From Candidatus Saccharimonadota bacterium (GTDB lineage: Bacteria > Patescibacteriota > Gracilibacteria > UBA1369 > 2-02-FULL-48-14), in NCBI GenBank assembly GCA_041661045.1, contig JBAZVE010000001.1, positions 1,260,001 to 1,292,000 of the forward strand: a stretch of DNA of 32,000 bases, given 5' to 3'. Each line of letters opens with the position of its first letter. Position 1 is the stretch's first letter. This document shows positions 1-8,691 of this stretch, one piece after another. Position numbers and translations under genes: made by a program. The notes below the pieces were generated by a model. It saw only the letters and a list, made by a program, of their open reading frames with translations. It had not been told where the DNA came from and made no database searches.

Positions 1-1
1 A

Positions 2-109
2 GAGCAACACGGTTTTGATGAGGAGCCAGGGCTTGATCTTTTGGAATCCGAAATCGGCCAAAGAAACATTGTATTTATCCACCACAAGAATCCAGAGTGG
101 GAAAAATAA
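2..109 (+). CDS. 3' end of an unidentified gene entering from the left edge (partial)
   Basis: Frame 2 is open from the window edge to TAA 107-109 (EQHGFDEEPGLDLLESEIGQRNIVFIHHKNPEWEK*). First codon positions are G-rich. Too short to appear in the ORF track; no family recognisable. Confidence 0.3.
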   Translation, partial: EQHGFDEEPGLDLLESEIGQRNIVFIHHKNPEWEK

Positions 110-154
110 AATCACAAATTGGATGAGGTATTGAACTAGAAAAGAAAGGGTGGG

Positions 155-370
155 ATGGAATCCCTCCAGAGCATTGGCGGCCTCCGGAAGCGCCTCAAAC
201 AGAAGGGTGAGTGCCAAAAAAAGCAGGAGGCTGAGGCTAAAAACTTTGAAAATGTCGCGGAGGGTGAAAGGTACTTGCATGGTTGTGCTTTGGCTCGCAT
301 TATACGAAAAAATTTGTTAGATTGGAAGCCATGGTTATTGAAAAAAACATCAACGATGGGGAGGAGATGA
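155..370 (+). CDS. small basic hypothetical protein (71 aa), possibly translationally coupled to ruvB
   Basis: ATG at 155 with a Lys/Arg-rich product (MESLQSIGGLRKRLKQKGECQKKQEAEAK...). GNN-type codon periodicity is visible by eye. Its TGA (368-370) overlaps the ruvB ATG at 367 as ATGA. No family recognised; it could still be a non-coding leader. Confidence 0.35.
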   Translation: MESLQSIGGLRKRLKQKGECQKKQEAEAKNFENVAEGERYLHGCALARIIRKNLLDWKPWLLKKTSTMGRR

Positions 371-1371
371 GTATGCCTCTGCAAGCGCAGTCCACTCAAG
401 ACGAGCGGCAAAGTGAAAATGTGCTCAGGCCCCAAAGTCTTGAGGATTATATTGGGCAAGATGAAATTAAAAAGAACTTGGCGGTCTTTTTGCCGGCGGC
501 ACGAAAACGGCAAGAAGCTATGGAGCATGTGCTTTTGCACGGCTGCCCCGGACTCGGGAAAACCACCTTGGCTTTTATTTTAGCAAAGGAAATGGGCGTA
601 CAAATTCGGATCACCAGCGGGCCGGCCATCGAGAGGCCGGGCGACTTGGCGGCTCTCCTCACCAATTTGCAAGAAAACGACATCCTTTTTATTGATGAAA
701 TTCATCGACTTCGCCCGGCCGTAGAAGAAATTTTATACAGTGCCATGGAAGATTTTGCGCTGGATCTTGTGGTGGGCAAAGGGCCTTCGGCCCGCAGCAT
801 GCGTATTGGGCTCCCCCAATTCAGCCTGGTGGGTGCCACCACCAAACTTTCGGCCATCTCCTCCCCTCTCAGGGATCGTTTTGGCAATGTCCTCAAACTG
901 GACTTTTATAACGAAGAAGATATTGGAAAGATTCTGCACCGCAGCGCACGGATCCTGGGCGTGGAAGTGGAGGAAGAGGCGGCTCAAAAACTAGCACAGA
1001 GCGCGCGGCGGACGCCGCGCGTGGCCAACCGTTTACTGAGGCGCGTACGGGACTTTGCCTCGGTTCAAAATAGCTCTCGTGTCGATAAAAAAATGGTGGA
1101 AGAAACCCTTGAATTGCTGGGGATCGATGGCCTTGGGCTCGACTCCACCGATCGCAAGCTTTTATTCACCCTGGCGGACAAGTTCAAGGGCGGTCCGGTT
1201 GGACTCTCCACCCTTTCCGCCGCCACCAGTGAAGAGGAGGAAAGCATCGAGGAAATTTACGAACCCTTCTTGATGCAATTGGGTTTTTTGGAACGCACGC
1301 CCAGGGGTAGACTTTTGACCGAAAATGGATATACTTACTTTGGCCTTCGCCGACCTAACCACCTTGTATGA
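367..1371 (+). CDS. ruvB: Holliday junction branch-migration helicase RuvB
   Basis: Walker A GCPGLGKTT, Walker B ILFIDEIHRL, TTKLSAISSPLRDRFG, RTPRVANRLLRRVRDF and GLDSTDRKLL, collinear with E. coli RuvB. The track ORF begins at TTG 283. RuvB proteins have about 20 aa before the LRPxxLxxYxGQ motif, which favours ATG 367 (or ATG 373, which sits 6 nt after GGAGGAG). Confidence 0.93.
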   Translation: MSMPLQAQSTQDERQSENVLRPQSLEDYIGQDEIKKNLAVFLPAARKRQEAMEHVLLHGCPGLGKTTLAFILAKEMGVQIRITSGPAIERPGDLAALLTNLQENDILFIDEIHRLRPAVEEILYSAMEDFALDLVVGKGPSARSMRIGLPQFSLVGATTKLSAISSPLRDRFGNVLKLDFYNEEDIGKILHRSARILGVEVEEEAAQKLAQSARRTPRVANRLLRRVRDFASVQNSSRVDKKMVEETLELLGIDGLGLDSTDRKLLFTLADKFKGGPVGLSTLSAATSEEEESIEEIYEPFLMQLGFLERTPRGRLLTENGYTYFGLRRPNHLV

Positions 1372-2612
1372 AAACCTATCGAATCCTTCTTGTCTGCGCA
1401 CTGCTGCTCACGGCGTGTTCTTCGACCAAACTCAATGAACCGCTCACTCGAGATTATGAAACCACTGTCGGAGAGTTTAAATCTCTGGGAAGTGGCAAAG
1501 TCGCCGAAATCATCACTCATATCTTTGAGACTGAGGGGGGCGAAATTCTGTACGCCTATTCCGATCGCTATGATTTGGACAGCGACGATTACTTTGGACT
1601 TGAAGTGGAGGCTTATGGCGTGCTCACCACTTATGAAAACTTGGATAAGCCCCTTTTTGAGGTCAAACGGATCACGGATGCCCCCGAAAAAGATGAGGGC
1701 AGCGAAGAAGTGACCTCTGTCTCTTACCAAGATCCTGATTTTGGCTTTTCCATGAGCTATCCCAGCAATTGGACCTTGAGCACCACCCCCAATTCCGTCA
1801 TTTTAACCGCTCCCGCTCCGGCGGTGGAGGAAGAGGCGGAGGGGTCTGAACTTTCTGAAATTCGAGTCCTGGACAGTATTGTCATCGCACGAACGGAGGC
1901 CGCTCTTGAAAAAACGACTGAAGATGCTCAAGAAGACCGCGTCACCGAAATTCGTGACTTTGTGGCGGGGGAATACCTTGCCTTGGTTGGAATTGAGAAT
2001 GAACTCACTTACATCGGGCCGGATCGCCTCTTGAGTGTTCGCTATAAAACCGGCGATGGGGATACTTACTCGTTCATTCCCCGTGGTGAGGAGCTTTTTG
2101 AACTCAGCTATTATCATGAATCTGTTTCGGACGAAGATCGGCTGACCAACGGGAATGTCTTTTCCAGCCTGGTGAGCAGCTTCCGCTTCACTCCTTACGG
2201 AGAGGGTGAAGGCGTGGTTGAAGCTCCTGAAGAACCTGTAAAGGAGGAAGAGCCTGTGAAGGAAGAGGAACCTGTGGCTGAGCCTGAAGGCGAGCAAGTG
2301 TCCTTCCCTTCTTACCGAGAACTGACGAGCGCCCCCTTTGAATTCACCATGTCTTATCCGAGCAATTGGTACTACTCCGGCAGCAATACCGGCTATGTTT
2401 TTGGGGATGAAGCCATTGAAGATGAAAATAGCCCTTTCATTTTGAAGTTGGAATTCAATCTGAGACTTGTGGGCGGCGTTACCCGCAGCGGAGACACCGT
2501 TTCCATTACGGTTGAAGTGGATGGCCGAAGCTACACCCTGAGCGGCCCCGCTGAATACCAAAGCGTACTTCAGACCATGGCTGACTCCATCACCTCCACA
2601 AAAGAAGGGTGA
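1368..2612 (+). CDS. lipoprotein with two copies of an MSYPSNW-containing module and an acidic EEPVKE linker
   Basis: MKTYRILLVCALLLTAC gives a signal peptide plus lipobox (LLTA|C). The ATG overlaps the ruvB stop (ATGA). An internal duplication is seen in FGFSMSYPSNWTLS and FEFTMSYPSNWYYS. No specific family assigned. Confidence 0.85.
   Translation: MKTYRILLVCALLLTACSSTKLNEPLTRDYETTVGEFKSLGSGKVAEIITHIFETEGGEILYAYSDRYDLDSDDYFGLEVEAYGVLTTYENLDKPLFEVKRITDAPEKDEGSEEVTSVSYQDPDFGFSMSYPSNWTLSTTPNSVILTAPAPAVEEEAEGSELSEIRVLDSIVIARTEAALEKTTEDAQEDRVTEIRDFVAGEYLALVGIENELTYIGPDRLLSVRYKTGDGDTYSFIPRGEELFELSYYHESVSDEDRLTNGNVFSSLVSSFRFTPYGEGEGVVEAPEEPVKEEEPVKEEEPVAEPEGEQVSFPSYRELTSAPFEFTMSYPSNWYYSGSNTGYVFGDEAIEDENSPFILKLEFNLRLVGGVTRSGDTVSITVEVDGRSYTLSGPAEYQSVLQTMADSITSTKEG
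2230..2283 (+). repeat. three imperfect 18-bp tandem repeats encoding EEPVKE/EEPVKE/EEPVAE inside the lipoprotein gene
   Basis: gaagaacctgtaaaggag / gaagagcctgtgaaggaa / gaggaacctgtggctgag, read directly. Confidence 0.8.
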
Positions 2613-2708
2613 TATTAGACCGCTTTTCCTGTTTTAGGCAAAGCGGATTAGATGAAAAAACGCATGGCATTTGCTATGATGAAATGAACACTTAACCTCA
2701 AACTTTTC

Positions 2709-5351
2709 ATGTCGAACCCAGATCAATTCAACAAGTTTACCAAAGAAGCCAAGCAAGCGCTGATTGTGGCGCAAGAGGTTGCCAAAAAAACCGGGACCAG
2801 TTATGTGGGCACCGAGCATATTCTTATTGGAATATTGGCTCAACGCAGCTCCCTGGGCTCCACTATTTTGCAAAATTTTGGTGTAACTCTGGAGAATGTA
2901 AACCTGGTGCTCAAAACGGTGGGACGCACTCAAGTGTCTCAACGAGGAGGTAAAAACCCCGGCGGACTTTCCGGTTTTGCAAAAAAAGTGATCGAAGATG
3001 CTATTCGAAGCGCTCATGAATTTGCGCATATGTTTGTGGGCACCGAACACCTCTTGTACGCGCTTGTGATTCAAGAGAATACGGCGGCTACGGTTATTTT
3101 GGAAAATATGAAAATTTCTCCGGAGGATATTCGCCAAGAAATCATGCAGACCTTTGAACGGATGAAACAGAATCCCCTCCCTCCTGCCGGCGGCCCCATC
3201 ACTCCTGTGATGCCCGGGGCGGTGAATCCTTTAGAATTCTTCCTCAATGGACTTCAAGGAGTCCTTGCCGGACAGGAACCCAAAGAATCTGGATTTGAAG
3301 CCAAAAAGAAAGAGGCTAAATCCGGCACCCCCGCCCTCGACTATTTCACCACAGACTTGGTTCAAGAGGCTCAGGATAAAAAGATGGATCCTGTCATTGG
3401 GCGAGATAAAGAAATCGAACGATGCGTCGCCATTTTGCTGCGAAAAACCAAAAACAATCCGGTGCTCATCGGAGAACCCGGGGTGGGTAAAACCGCCGTG
3501 GTGGAAGGACTCGCTCAACGGATTGTTCAAGAAAAAGTGCCCGACAGCATGCTCGACAAACGCATTTTGAGCCTTTCCATGGCTGCGGTTGTAGCGGGCA
3601 CCAAGTACCGTGGAGAATTTGAAGAACGCATCAAAACCATTTTGGAGGAAGCGGCCAGTCAACCCAATGTGATTCTTTTTATCGACGAACTGCACACTGT
3701 TATTGGGGCCGGAAGCGCCGAAGGAAGTTTGGACGCCGCCAATATCCTTAAACCCGCCCTCTCCCGAGGAAAGGTTCAAGTGATTGGAGCCACCACCACC
3801 AATGAATACCGTAAACATGTGGAGGCGGATGCCGCACTCGAACGCCGTTTCCAATCTGTTATGGTGGATGAACCCACCGAAGAAGACACGGTCTTGATAT
3901 TAAAGGGAATTAAAGAGAGCTTTGAGAATCATCACAATTTGATCATTCATGACGATGCTTTGGAAGCCGCGGTTAAGCTTTCCAAACGCTACATCAACGA
4001 CCGATTCCTGCCCGACAAAGCCATTGATGTGATGGATGAGGCCGCCGCCCTCAAGGGGATGGTGAGCAAACAAGAAAGTGATGTGCTTAAAGAATACCAA
4101 CGGCAAATCAAGCGCATCACCAAAGAGAAGGAAAAGGCGGTTTCGGATCAAAACTATGAACAAGCGGCCGATTTGAGGCAGCAAGAATTGGTCCTTATGG
4201 AAAAAATTGAGGAAGAAAAGCATATTAAAATTCCTCGAGAAATGCGTGGCAGTATCGATGGTGAAGACATTGCACGAGTGATCTCTCGCATGACTGGTGT
4301 TCCCGTTACCAAACTGGTGAAAGAAGATATCGAAGAGCTCAAAGGGCTCGAAGATACTCTTGTCCGCCATGTGGTGGGTCAGGAAGAAGCGCTTAAAAAG
4401 GTGGCCACGGCCATCCGCCGAAGTCGCACCGGAATTTCCAGTGGGAAACGCCCCATTGCTTCCTTTATTTTCCTTGGGCCTACCGGAGTCGGTAAAACTG
4501 AACTCGTTAAAACTTTGGCTCGAGAAATTTATCATGATGAAGAGGCGCTCATTAAAATCGACATGAGTGAGTTCATGGAACGACACAATACCTCTCGACT
4601 CACCGGAACCACGGCGGGTTATGTGGGTTATGACGAAGGCGGTCAGCTCACCGAAAAGGTGCGCCGCAAACCGTACAGTGTGATCCTTTTCGATGAAATT
4701 GAAAAAGCTCACTCCGATGTGTTCAACATCCTTCTTCAAATTTTGGAAGATGGAGTTTTGACCGATGGAAAAGGACGAAAAGTGGATTTCACCAACGCCA
4801 TTATTGTGATGACTTCCAACATCGGTGCTCGAAAACTCACCGAAAGTGCCGCCCCCATTGGATTCAAGCTCAGCAGTTCAGAGCTGGATGCCGCCATGCA
4901 CTCCTTTGAATACAAAAAAGAGGAAGTGATGAAGGATCTCAAGGGTCATTTCAAACCTGAATTCCTCAATCGTGTGGACAATATCATCGTGTTTAGGCCT
5001 CTCACACATGAGAGCATCAAAAACATTGTGGAAATCCATGTGCGCGAGCTTCAAAATCGAATCAAGGACAAGGGCATTGTGCTCGATCTCACTCCTGATG
5101 CGCTCGACCTGCTCGCGACACTGAGCACGGATCCCGACTACGGCGCAAGGCCTGTTCGACGAAAGGTGCAAGAACTCATCGAAGACCCCCTATCTCAAGG
5201 TATTCTCGACGAGCAATTTGCCGAAGGAGACACCATCCAAATCGTCAAAAAGGAGGATACGGTTGAACTCAAGAAGAAAGCCCCACGAACAAAAGCGGGA
5301 CTTAAAAAGAAGCTTGAGGAAAAATCGGCTTTACAGGTAGAGAAAAACTGA
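2709..5351 (+). CDS. clpC: Clp protease ATP-binding subunit ClpC (class I AAA+ unfoldase)
   Basis: Two Clp_N repeats ([20 protein letters not shown]) and two Walker A motifs ([16 protein letters not shown]). Short UVR-like middle domain ([12 protein letters not shown]). ClpP-docking loop PIGF. Collinear with B. subtilis ClpC. Carries a Lys-rich C-terminal tail. Confidence 0.93.
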   Translation: MSNPDQFNKFTKEAKQALIVAQEVAKKTGTSYVGTEHILIGILAQRSSLGSTILQNFGVTLENVNLVLKTVGRTQVSQRGGKNPGGLSGFAKKVIEDAIRSAHEFAHMFVGTEHLLYALVIQENTAATVILENMKISPEDIRQEIMQTFERMKQNPLPPAGGPITPVMPGAVNPLEFFLNGLQGVLAGQEPKESGFEAKKKEAKSGTPALDYFTTDLVQEAQDKKMDPVIGRDKEIERCVAILLRKTKNNPVLIGEPGVGKTAVVEGLAQRIVQEKVPDSMLDKRILSLSMAAVVAGTKYRGEFEERIKTILEEAASQPNVILFIDELHTVIGAGSAEGSLDAANILKPALSRGKVQVIGATTTNEYRKHVEADAALERRFQSVMVDEPTEEDTVLILKGIKESFENHHNLIIHDDALEAAVKLSKRYINDRFLPDKAIDVMDEAAALKGMVSKQESDVLKEYQRQIKRITKEKEKAVSDQNYEQAADLRQQELVLMEKIEEEKHIKIPREMRGSIDGEDIARVISRMTGVPVTKLVKEDIEELKGLEDTLVRHVVGQEEALKKVATAIRRSRTGISSGKRPIASFIFLGPTGVGKTELVKTLAREIYHDEEALIKIDMSEFMERHNTSRLTGTTAGYVGYDEGGQLTEKVRRKPYSVILFDEIEKAHSDVFNILLQILEDGVLTDGKGRKVDFTNAIIVMTSNIGARKLTESAAPIGFKLSSSELDAAMHSFEYKKEEVMKDLKGHFKPEFLNRVDNIIVFRPLTHESIKNIVEIHVRELQNRIKDKGIVLDLTPDALDLLATLSTDPDYGARPVRRKVQELIEDPLSQGILDEQFAEGDTIQIVKKEDTVELKKKAPRTKAGLKKKLEEKSALQVEKN

Positions 5352-5388
5352 TTAGAATCGCCGGGCTTTACTTCATTCAGTATCAAGT

Positions 5389-5437
5389 CATAAGGTTGCT
5401 GAACGGTAGGGCTCTATACTTCTAACTCAACCTTATG
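5389..5437 (+). promoter_or_regulatory. perfect 10-bp inverted repeat (stem-loop) in the rpsA leader
   Basis: CATAAGGTTG (5389-5398) and CAACCTTATG (5428-5437) with a 29-nt loop. The 3' arm ends 11 nt before the rpsA ATG. No U-tract follows, so it is not a canonical terminator. Confidence 0.35.
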
Positions 5438-5448
5438 CCGATTGATTT

Positions 5449-6660
5449 ATGAATCAAGCCCTTATCATGGTCCCCATGGACCAACTCATGCAGGACTCCC
5501 CTGCGCTTACTCTTCCCGAACCCGGGGCAATGGTCACGGGAACGGTTGTTTCCATTGAAAAGAACTGCATCATTGTGGACCTTGGTGGAGTGCTCACCGG
5601 AATGATTTCCGGCCGTGAAATTAAAGATTCTTTTGCCACTATTGATGACCTTAAGATTGGCGATGAGGTGACTTCTTGTGTGCTTGATCCTGAAAATGAG
5701 GATGGACTCGTGGTGCTTTCTCTGCGCCGTGCCAGTCAAGATAAGACTTGGGATCGATTTGTTAAAGCTTATGAAAACAACACCACTCTTAAAGTTCGTC
5801 CAAAAGAGGCGAATAAAGGAGGTCTTTTGCTGGATGTGGACGGAATTAAGGGATTCATCCCTGTTTCCCAACTCGCTCCTCTGCACTACCCACGAGTGAA
5901 TGGTGCCGACAGCGCGAAGATTCTTTCCCGTCTGCAAGATCTTATTGGTGTGGAATTCAGCGTGAAGATCATTAACCTGGATAAAGAGAATGGAAAACTC
6001 ATTCTTTCTGAACGCAGCGCATACGAACGCGAACGCAGCGATGCCCTTTCCGGACTCAACACCGGGGACACGGTTTCCGGTACGGTGAGTGGAATTGTGA
6101 AGTTTGGTATCTTCGTGGCCTTTGATGGACTGGAAGGCTTGGTGCACATCTCCGAGATTGCTTGGGGCCATGTCTCCGACGCTCATGACTTTGCCCGACT
6201 TGGAGACAAGGTGGAGGTTAAGATCATCGGTATCGATGGAGATAAAATTTCTCTGTCCATGAAACAACTCACCAAAGATCCTTGGGAAGAGATCGAGAAG
6301 AAATACAAGATTGGAACTCAGATCAAGACCAAGATCAGCCGTCTCGCTCAATTTGGTGCTTTTGTTCAACTCTCCGATGACATCACCGGACTCATCCACA
6401 ACTCCGAGATTCCCGGAAACCCCGAAGATCCCGCTAAGGCCCTTGAGGTTGGTCAAGCCGTGGACGCTCGCGTGATTGAAATCAACAAAGAAGAAAAACG
6501 CATTGGTCTCTCTCTCCTCCCGGAGGGTGAATCTCCGATAGAAAAGAAAGCCAAGGCCAAGAAAGAAGCCAAAGAGGAGGCCGCCACTGAAGCGAGTGCA
6601 GAAACAGCGGATGAAGAAGAAAAGAAGCCCAAAAAAGCTAAGGCCAAGAAAGAAGAATAA
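5449..6660 (+). CDS. rpsA: 30S ribosomal protein S1 (four S1 domains, Lys/Glu-rich tail)
   Basis: Repeated S1/OB motifs: GTVVSIEKNCIIVDLGG, GGLLLDVDGIKGFIPVSQL, GTVSGIVKFGIFVAFDGLEGLVHISEI, TKISRLAQFGAFVQLSDDITGLIHNSEI. C-terminal KKAKAKKE tail. Confidence 0.9.
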   Translation: MNQALIMVPMDQLMQDSPALTLPEPGAMVTGTVVSIEKNCIIVDLGGVLTGMISGREIKDSFATIDDLKIGDEVTSCVLDPENEDGLVVLSLRRASQDKTWDRFVKAYENNTTLKVRPKEANKGGLLLDVDGIKGFIPVSQLAPLHYPRVNGADSAKILSRLQDLIGVEFSVKIINLDKENGKLILSERSAYERERSDALSGLNTGDTVSGTVSGIVKFGIFVAFDGLEGLVHISEIAWGHVSDAHDFARLGDKVEVKIIGIDGDKISLSMKQLTKDPWEEIEKKYKIGTQIKTKISRLAQFGAFVQLSDDITGLIHNSEIPGNPEDPAKALEVGQAVDARVIEINKEEKRIGLSLLPEGESPIEKKAKAKKEAKEEAATEASAETADEEEKKPKKAKAKKEE

Positions 6661-6674
6661 AGTAACCCTAAACT

Positions 6675-7046
6675 ATGGCGTTAGATCGCGATATTTCCCC
6701 TGATTTGCCCCAAGAAAATGAAACTTGGGAAGAGCTTGCTCGCCATCCGTTGACAGAAGCCAGATGGATAACAAGGATGAAGTGGCGCCGCCCTACGGAG
6801 GAGGAAGTCCAGTCTCAGGTTGCCTCTTTCCAGGCTATGCAAACAAGTGATCCGCAAAGGTTGGAAGAGATCCTCACTTGGATCCGTACCTGCGCTACCG
6901 CATACGAAAGTTGTAACATCCCTGCCGCGGTTAGCCGCATGCAGATGAGTCAGGCTAATGTCAAAAATCTAAAAGGCCCCTATTGGACTGGAGAAGATTA
7001 CCAAAGACTACTGCAGCTTTGCCGGGAGGCGGAACTTGTGGCTTAG
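6675..7046 (+). CDS. hypothetical protein (123 aa, Trp-rich), no family recognised
   Basis: ATG-initiated ORF filling the gap between rpsA and the transporter. Composition looks codon-like. No motif recognised. Confidence 0.55.
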   Translation: MALDRDISPDLPQENETWEELARHPLTEARWITRMKWRRPTEEEVQSQVASFQAMQTSDPQRLEEILTWIRTCATAYESCNIPAAVSRMQMSQANVKNLKGPYWTGEDYQRLLQLCREAELVA

Positions 7047-7084
7047 CCTGGAATAGACTCAAAGGCATGTGCTAGGATGCGTGC

Positions 7085-7957
7085 ATGAGTCTTGCTGCGA
7101 TTCTGCTTGTCCTCCTCTCTGCCGTTCTTCTTACTTTTAGAGATTTCCAGACCAAAAAATCGCAGGATAAGCAGGTTTTCATATGGTGGATCAGCTTTTT
7201 ATCGTTGTTCCTCTTCATTCCATTTGGCGCTTATTTTTATTGGAAAGATGGTGTGGATCCTCGGTTTCTGCTCATTCCTCTGGCTGCCGGCTTCGTGCAC
7301 TGTGCCTACTGGATTTTTTATTCCCGTGCTTATGATCATGGGGATTTGTCACAAGTCTTCCCTATCATTCGATCCACTCCTCTCTTGGTGTTGCTCTTTG
7401 GGACTTTTTTCTTGCACGAGCAGATCACCCCCATTGGAGTGGTGGGTATTTTGCTCACCAGCCTTGGCGTGTACTGCATCAACCTGACTTCCTTGTCTTT
7501 TCGCGCTTTCCTCAAACCTTTCTCCGGCCTCTTTAAAGATATCCATATTCAGTTTGCCTTCCTCGCGCTGCTCATGACCGGCGTGTATGCGGTGGTGGAT
7601 AAGATTGGGATTGGTCACATGAATCCCATGACCTATGCGGCGGTTCAGTGTGGTTTTGCCACACTTTTGTTTAGTTTTTACATGGTGGCGATTGGTAAGT
7701 GGAAGCTCGTGAGGACTTTTTGGAAAAAAGAGAGGTCCTACATTCTTTCGAGTGGTTTTTTAACGGCCTTCAACTACCCCCTCACCCTTTTCGCCATGAG
7801 CTTATCTGCGGTGAGCTATGTCATGAGCTTTAGGCAAGTCGGTGTGGTTTTAGCGGTTCTGGCGGGAGGACATCTTCTTAAAGAAAAGCATTTTGGAATT
7901 CGCTTAGGTGCCTCTCTGATGATTTTTGCAGGAGTGCTTTTGATTGCACTGGCTTAG
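7085..7957 (+). CDS. EamA/DMT-superfamily transporter (about 10 TM helices)
   Basis: 290-aa polytopic hydrophobic protein with the two-halves architecture typical of EamA domains (…IFYSRAY…QVFPI… / …LSAVSYVMSFRQVGVVLAVLAG…). Substrate unknown. Confidence 0.8.
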   Translation: MSLAAILLVLLSAVLLTFRDFQTKKSQDKQVFIWWISFLSLFLFIPFGAYFYWKDGVDPRFLLIPLAAGFVHCAYWIFYSRAYDHGDLSQVFPIIRSTPLLVLLFGTFFLHEQITPIGVVGILLTSLGVYCINLTSLSFRAFLKPFSGLFKDIHIQFAFLALLMTGVYAVVDKIGIGHMNPMTYAAVQCGFATLLFSFYMVAIGKWKLVRTFWKKERSYILSSGFLTAFNYPLTLFAMSLSAVSYVMSFRQVGVVLAVLAGGHLLKEKHFGIRLGASLMIFAGVLLIALA

Positions 7958-7972
7958 CGGGGGGGCTTTTTT
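7955..7972 (+). repeat. G-tract/T-tract motif copy 1 (TAGCGGGGGGGCTTTTTT), candidate minimal terminator
   Basis: Starts with the transporter stop codon TAG. AGC/GCT can form only a 3-4 bp stem around a G loop, followed by T6. Confidence 0.3.
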
Positions 7973-8045
7973 GTTGATTTTTATTTTGAATTCATTAAAA
8001 TTATATATGAAGAAGCTCTGCGGCCCGTGGTTTATATACCACAAC

Positions 8046-8062
8046 TAAGCGGGGGGCTTTTT
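8046..8062 (+). repeat. G-tract/T-tract motif copy 2 (TAAGCGGGGGGCTTTTT)
   Basis: Near-identical to copy 1, 92 bp downstream and in the same orientation. It abuts the stop codon (8062-8064) of the minus-strand 136-aa gene. Confidence 0.3.
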
Positions 8063-8472
8063 CATTTTTCAGGGAAAATTGAGATTAGATCTTTTCTGCC
8101 TGAAATCTTCTTTTCCTTTAATTGTACATAAAAAATATCTCCATCTCTTGTGGTGCCAGTAAAACGATGCAGTAGATCTCCGGGTTTATCCCCATGAGAT
8201 TTCGTGGTGGGAGGAAAACGACTATTAATAATAAGTTCAATTGCCGCTTCAAAATACATCAACCTTCTCATCCTATCTGCCCATTGTTTTTCAAATAAGT
8301 GATGCCAGAATACATTCAAAAAAACTTTATCTTTTTTAAAGTATGCTGATCTAACATAAGGAGCTCTCCTACTCTTCTTCTTTATTTTTTTGAAAATTTC
8401 AAAAGCTATTCGTCTTACTTCCCGAAAGTCTGTTCCTGGGATTTTTCTGGCTTTGGTTTGGTAAGCATGCAT
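8062..8472 (-). CDS. basic hypothetical protein (136 aa) in an AT-rich islet
   Basis: ATG-initiated ORF (MHAYQTKARKIPGTDFREVRRIAFEIFKKIKKKSRR...IFYVQLKEKKISGRKDLISIFPEK). Uses mostly AGA/AGG Arg plus ATA and TTA codons, unlike the CGN-rich neighbours. No family assigned with confidence. Confidence 0.7.
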   Translation of the reverse strand: MHAYQTKARKIPGTDFREVRRIAFEIFKKIKKKSRRAPYVRSAYFKKDKVFLNVFWHHLFEKQWADRMRRLMYFEAAIELIINSRFPPTTKSHGDKPGDLLHRFTGTTRDGDIFYVQLKEKKISGRKDLISIFPEK

Positions 8473-8492
8473 GCGACCATGCTAAACCTTTT

Positions 8493-8532
8493 TTCCTGAC
8501 AAATTCCTGAAATTTTCCTGAATTTTAGGAAA
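8493..8532. promoter_or_regulatory. three TTCCTGA direct repeats at 11-bp phasing, plus a TTTCCT-N7-AGGAAA inverted repeat (candidate operator)
   Basis: TTCCTGA at 8493, 8504 and 8515. The third copy pairs with AGGAAA (8527-8532). The block lies 21-60 nt upstream of the 136-aa gene start, in the spacer shared with divergent rmuC. Confidence 0.45.
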
Positions 8533-8685
8533 TGGGCTTGTGCTGGATTTTGGGTGAGCTTATACTTACCGGTGCTTGAGAGAAAATTGCAGAGGAGGGA
8601 CCAACCCACGTATGGCATTGTTGATATGGCCACTCCTCGGCAAATTCCTTCCAAACACCGACAATTCAACGATCAATCATCAAAT

Positions 8686-8691
8686 TATAAT
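8686..8691 (+). promoter_or_regulatory. -10-like TATAAT upstream of rmuC
   Basis: TATAAT ends 22 nt before the rmuC ATG, the same geometry as the promoter of the giant gene. Only a weak -35 (TTCAAC, 15-bp spacer) is present. Confidence 0.3.

Noticed and set aside
283-366. Track start (TTG 283) or ATG 331 for ruvB.
   Set aside because: Both add 12-28 non-conserved residues compared with RuvB N-termini and would overlap the 71-aa ORF. ATG 367 or 373 fits the family length, and 373 has the only good SD in the region.
2620-2646. Hairpin CCGCTTT-13 nt-AAAGCGG after the lipoprotein gene, considered as an intrinsic terminator.
   Set aside because: The 7-bp stem is real but is followed by ATTAGATG rather than a U-tract, so I do not call it a terminator. 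It may still be a processing or stability element.
8062-8472. Assigning the 136-aa protein to the WHH (HNH/EndoVII-fold) toxin nucleases because of the FWHHLF motif.
   Set aside because: A single W-H-H tripeptide without the surrounding treble-clef elements is not evidence. It is left as hypothetical.
8415-8669. 84-aa minus-strand ORF spanning the islet control region.
   Set aside because: It overlaps the 5' end of the 136-aa gene in another frame and runs through the TTCCTGA repeat array. Its product is Cys-rich with no motifs. It is most likely a chance ORF.
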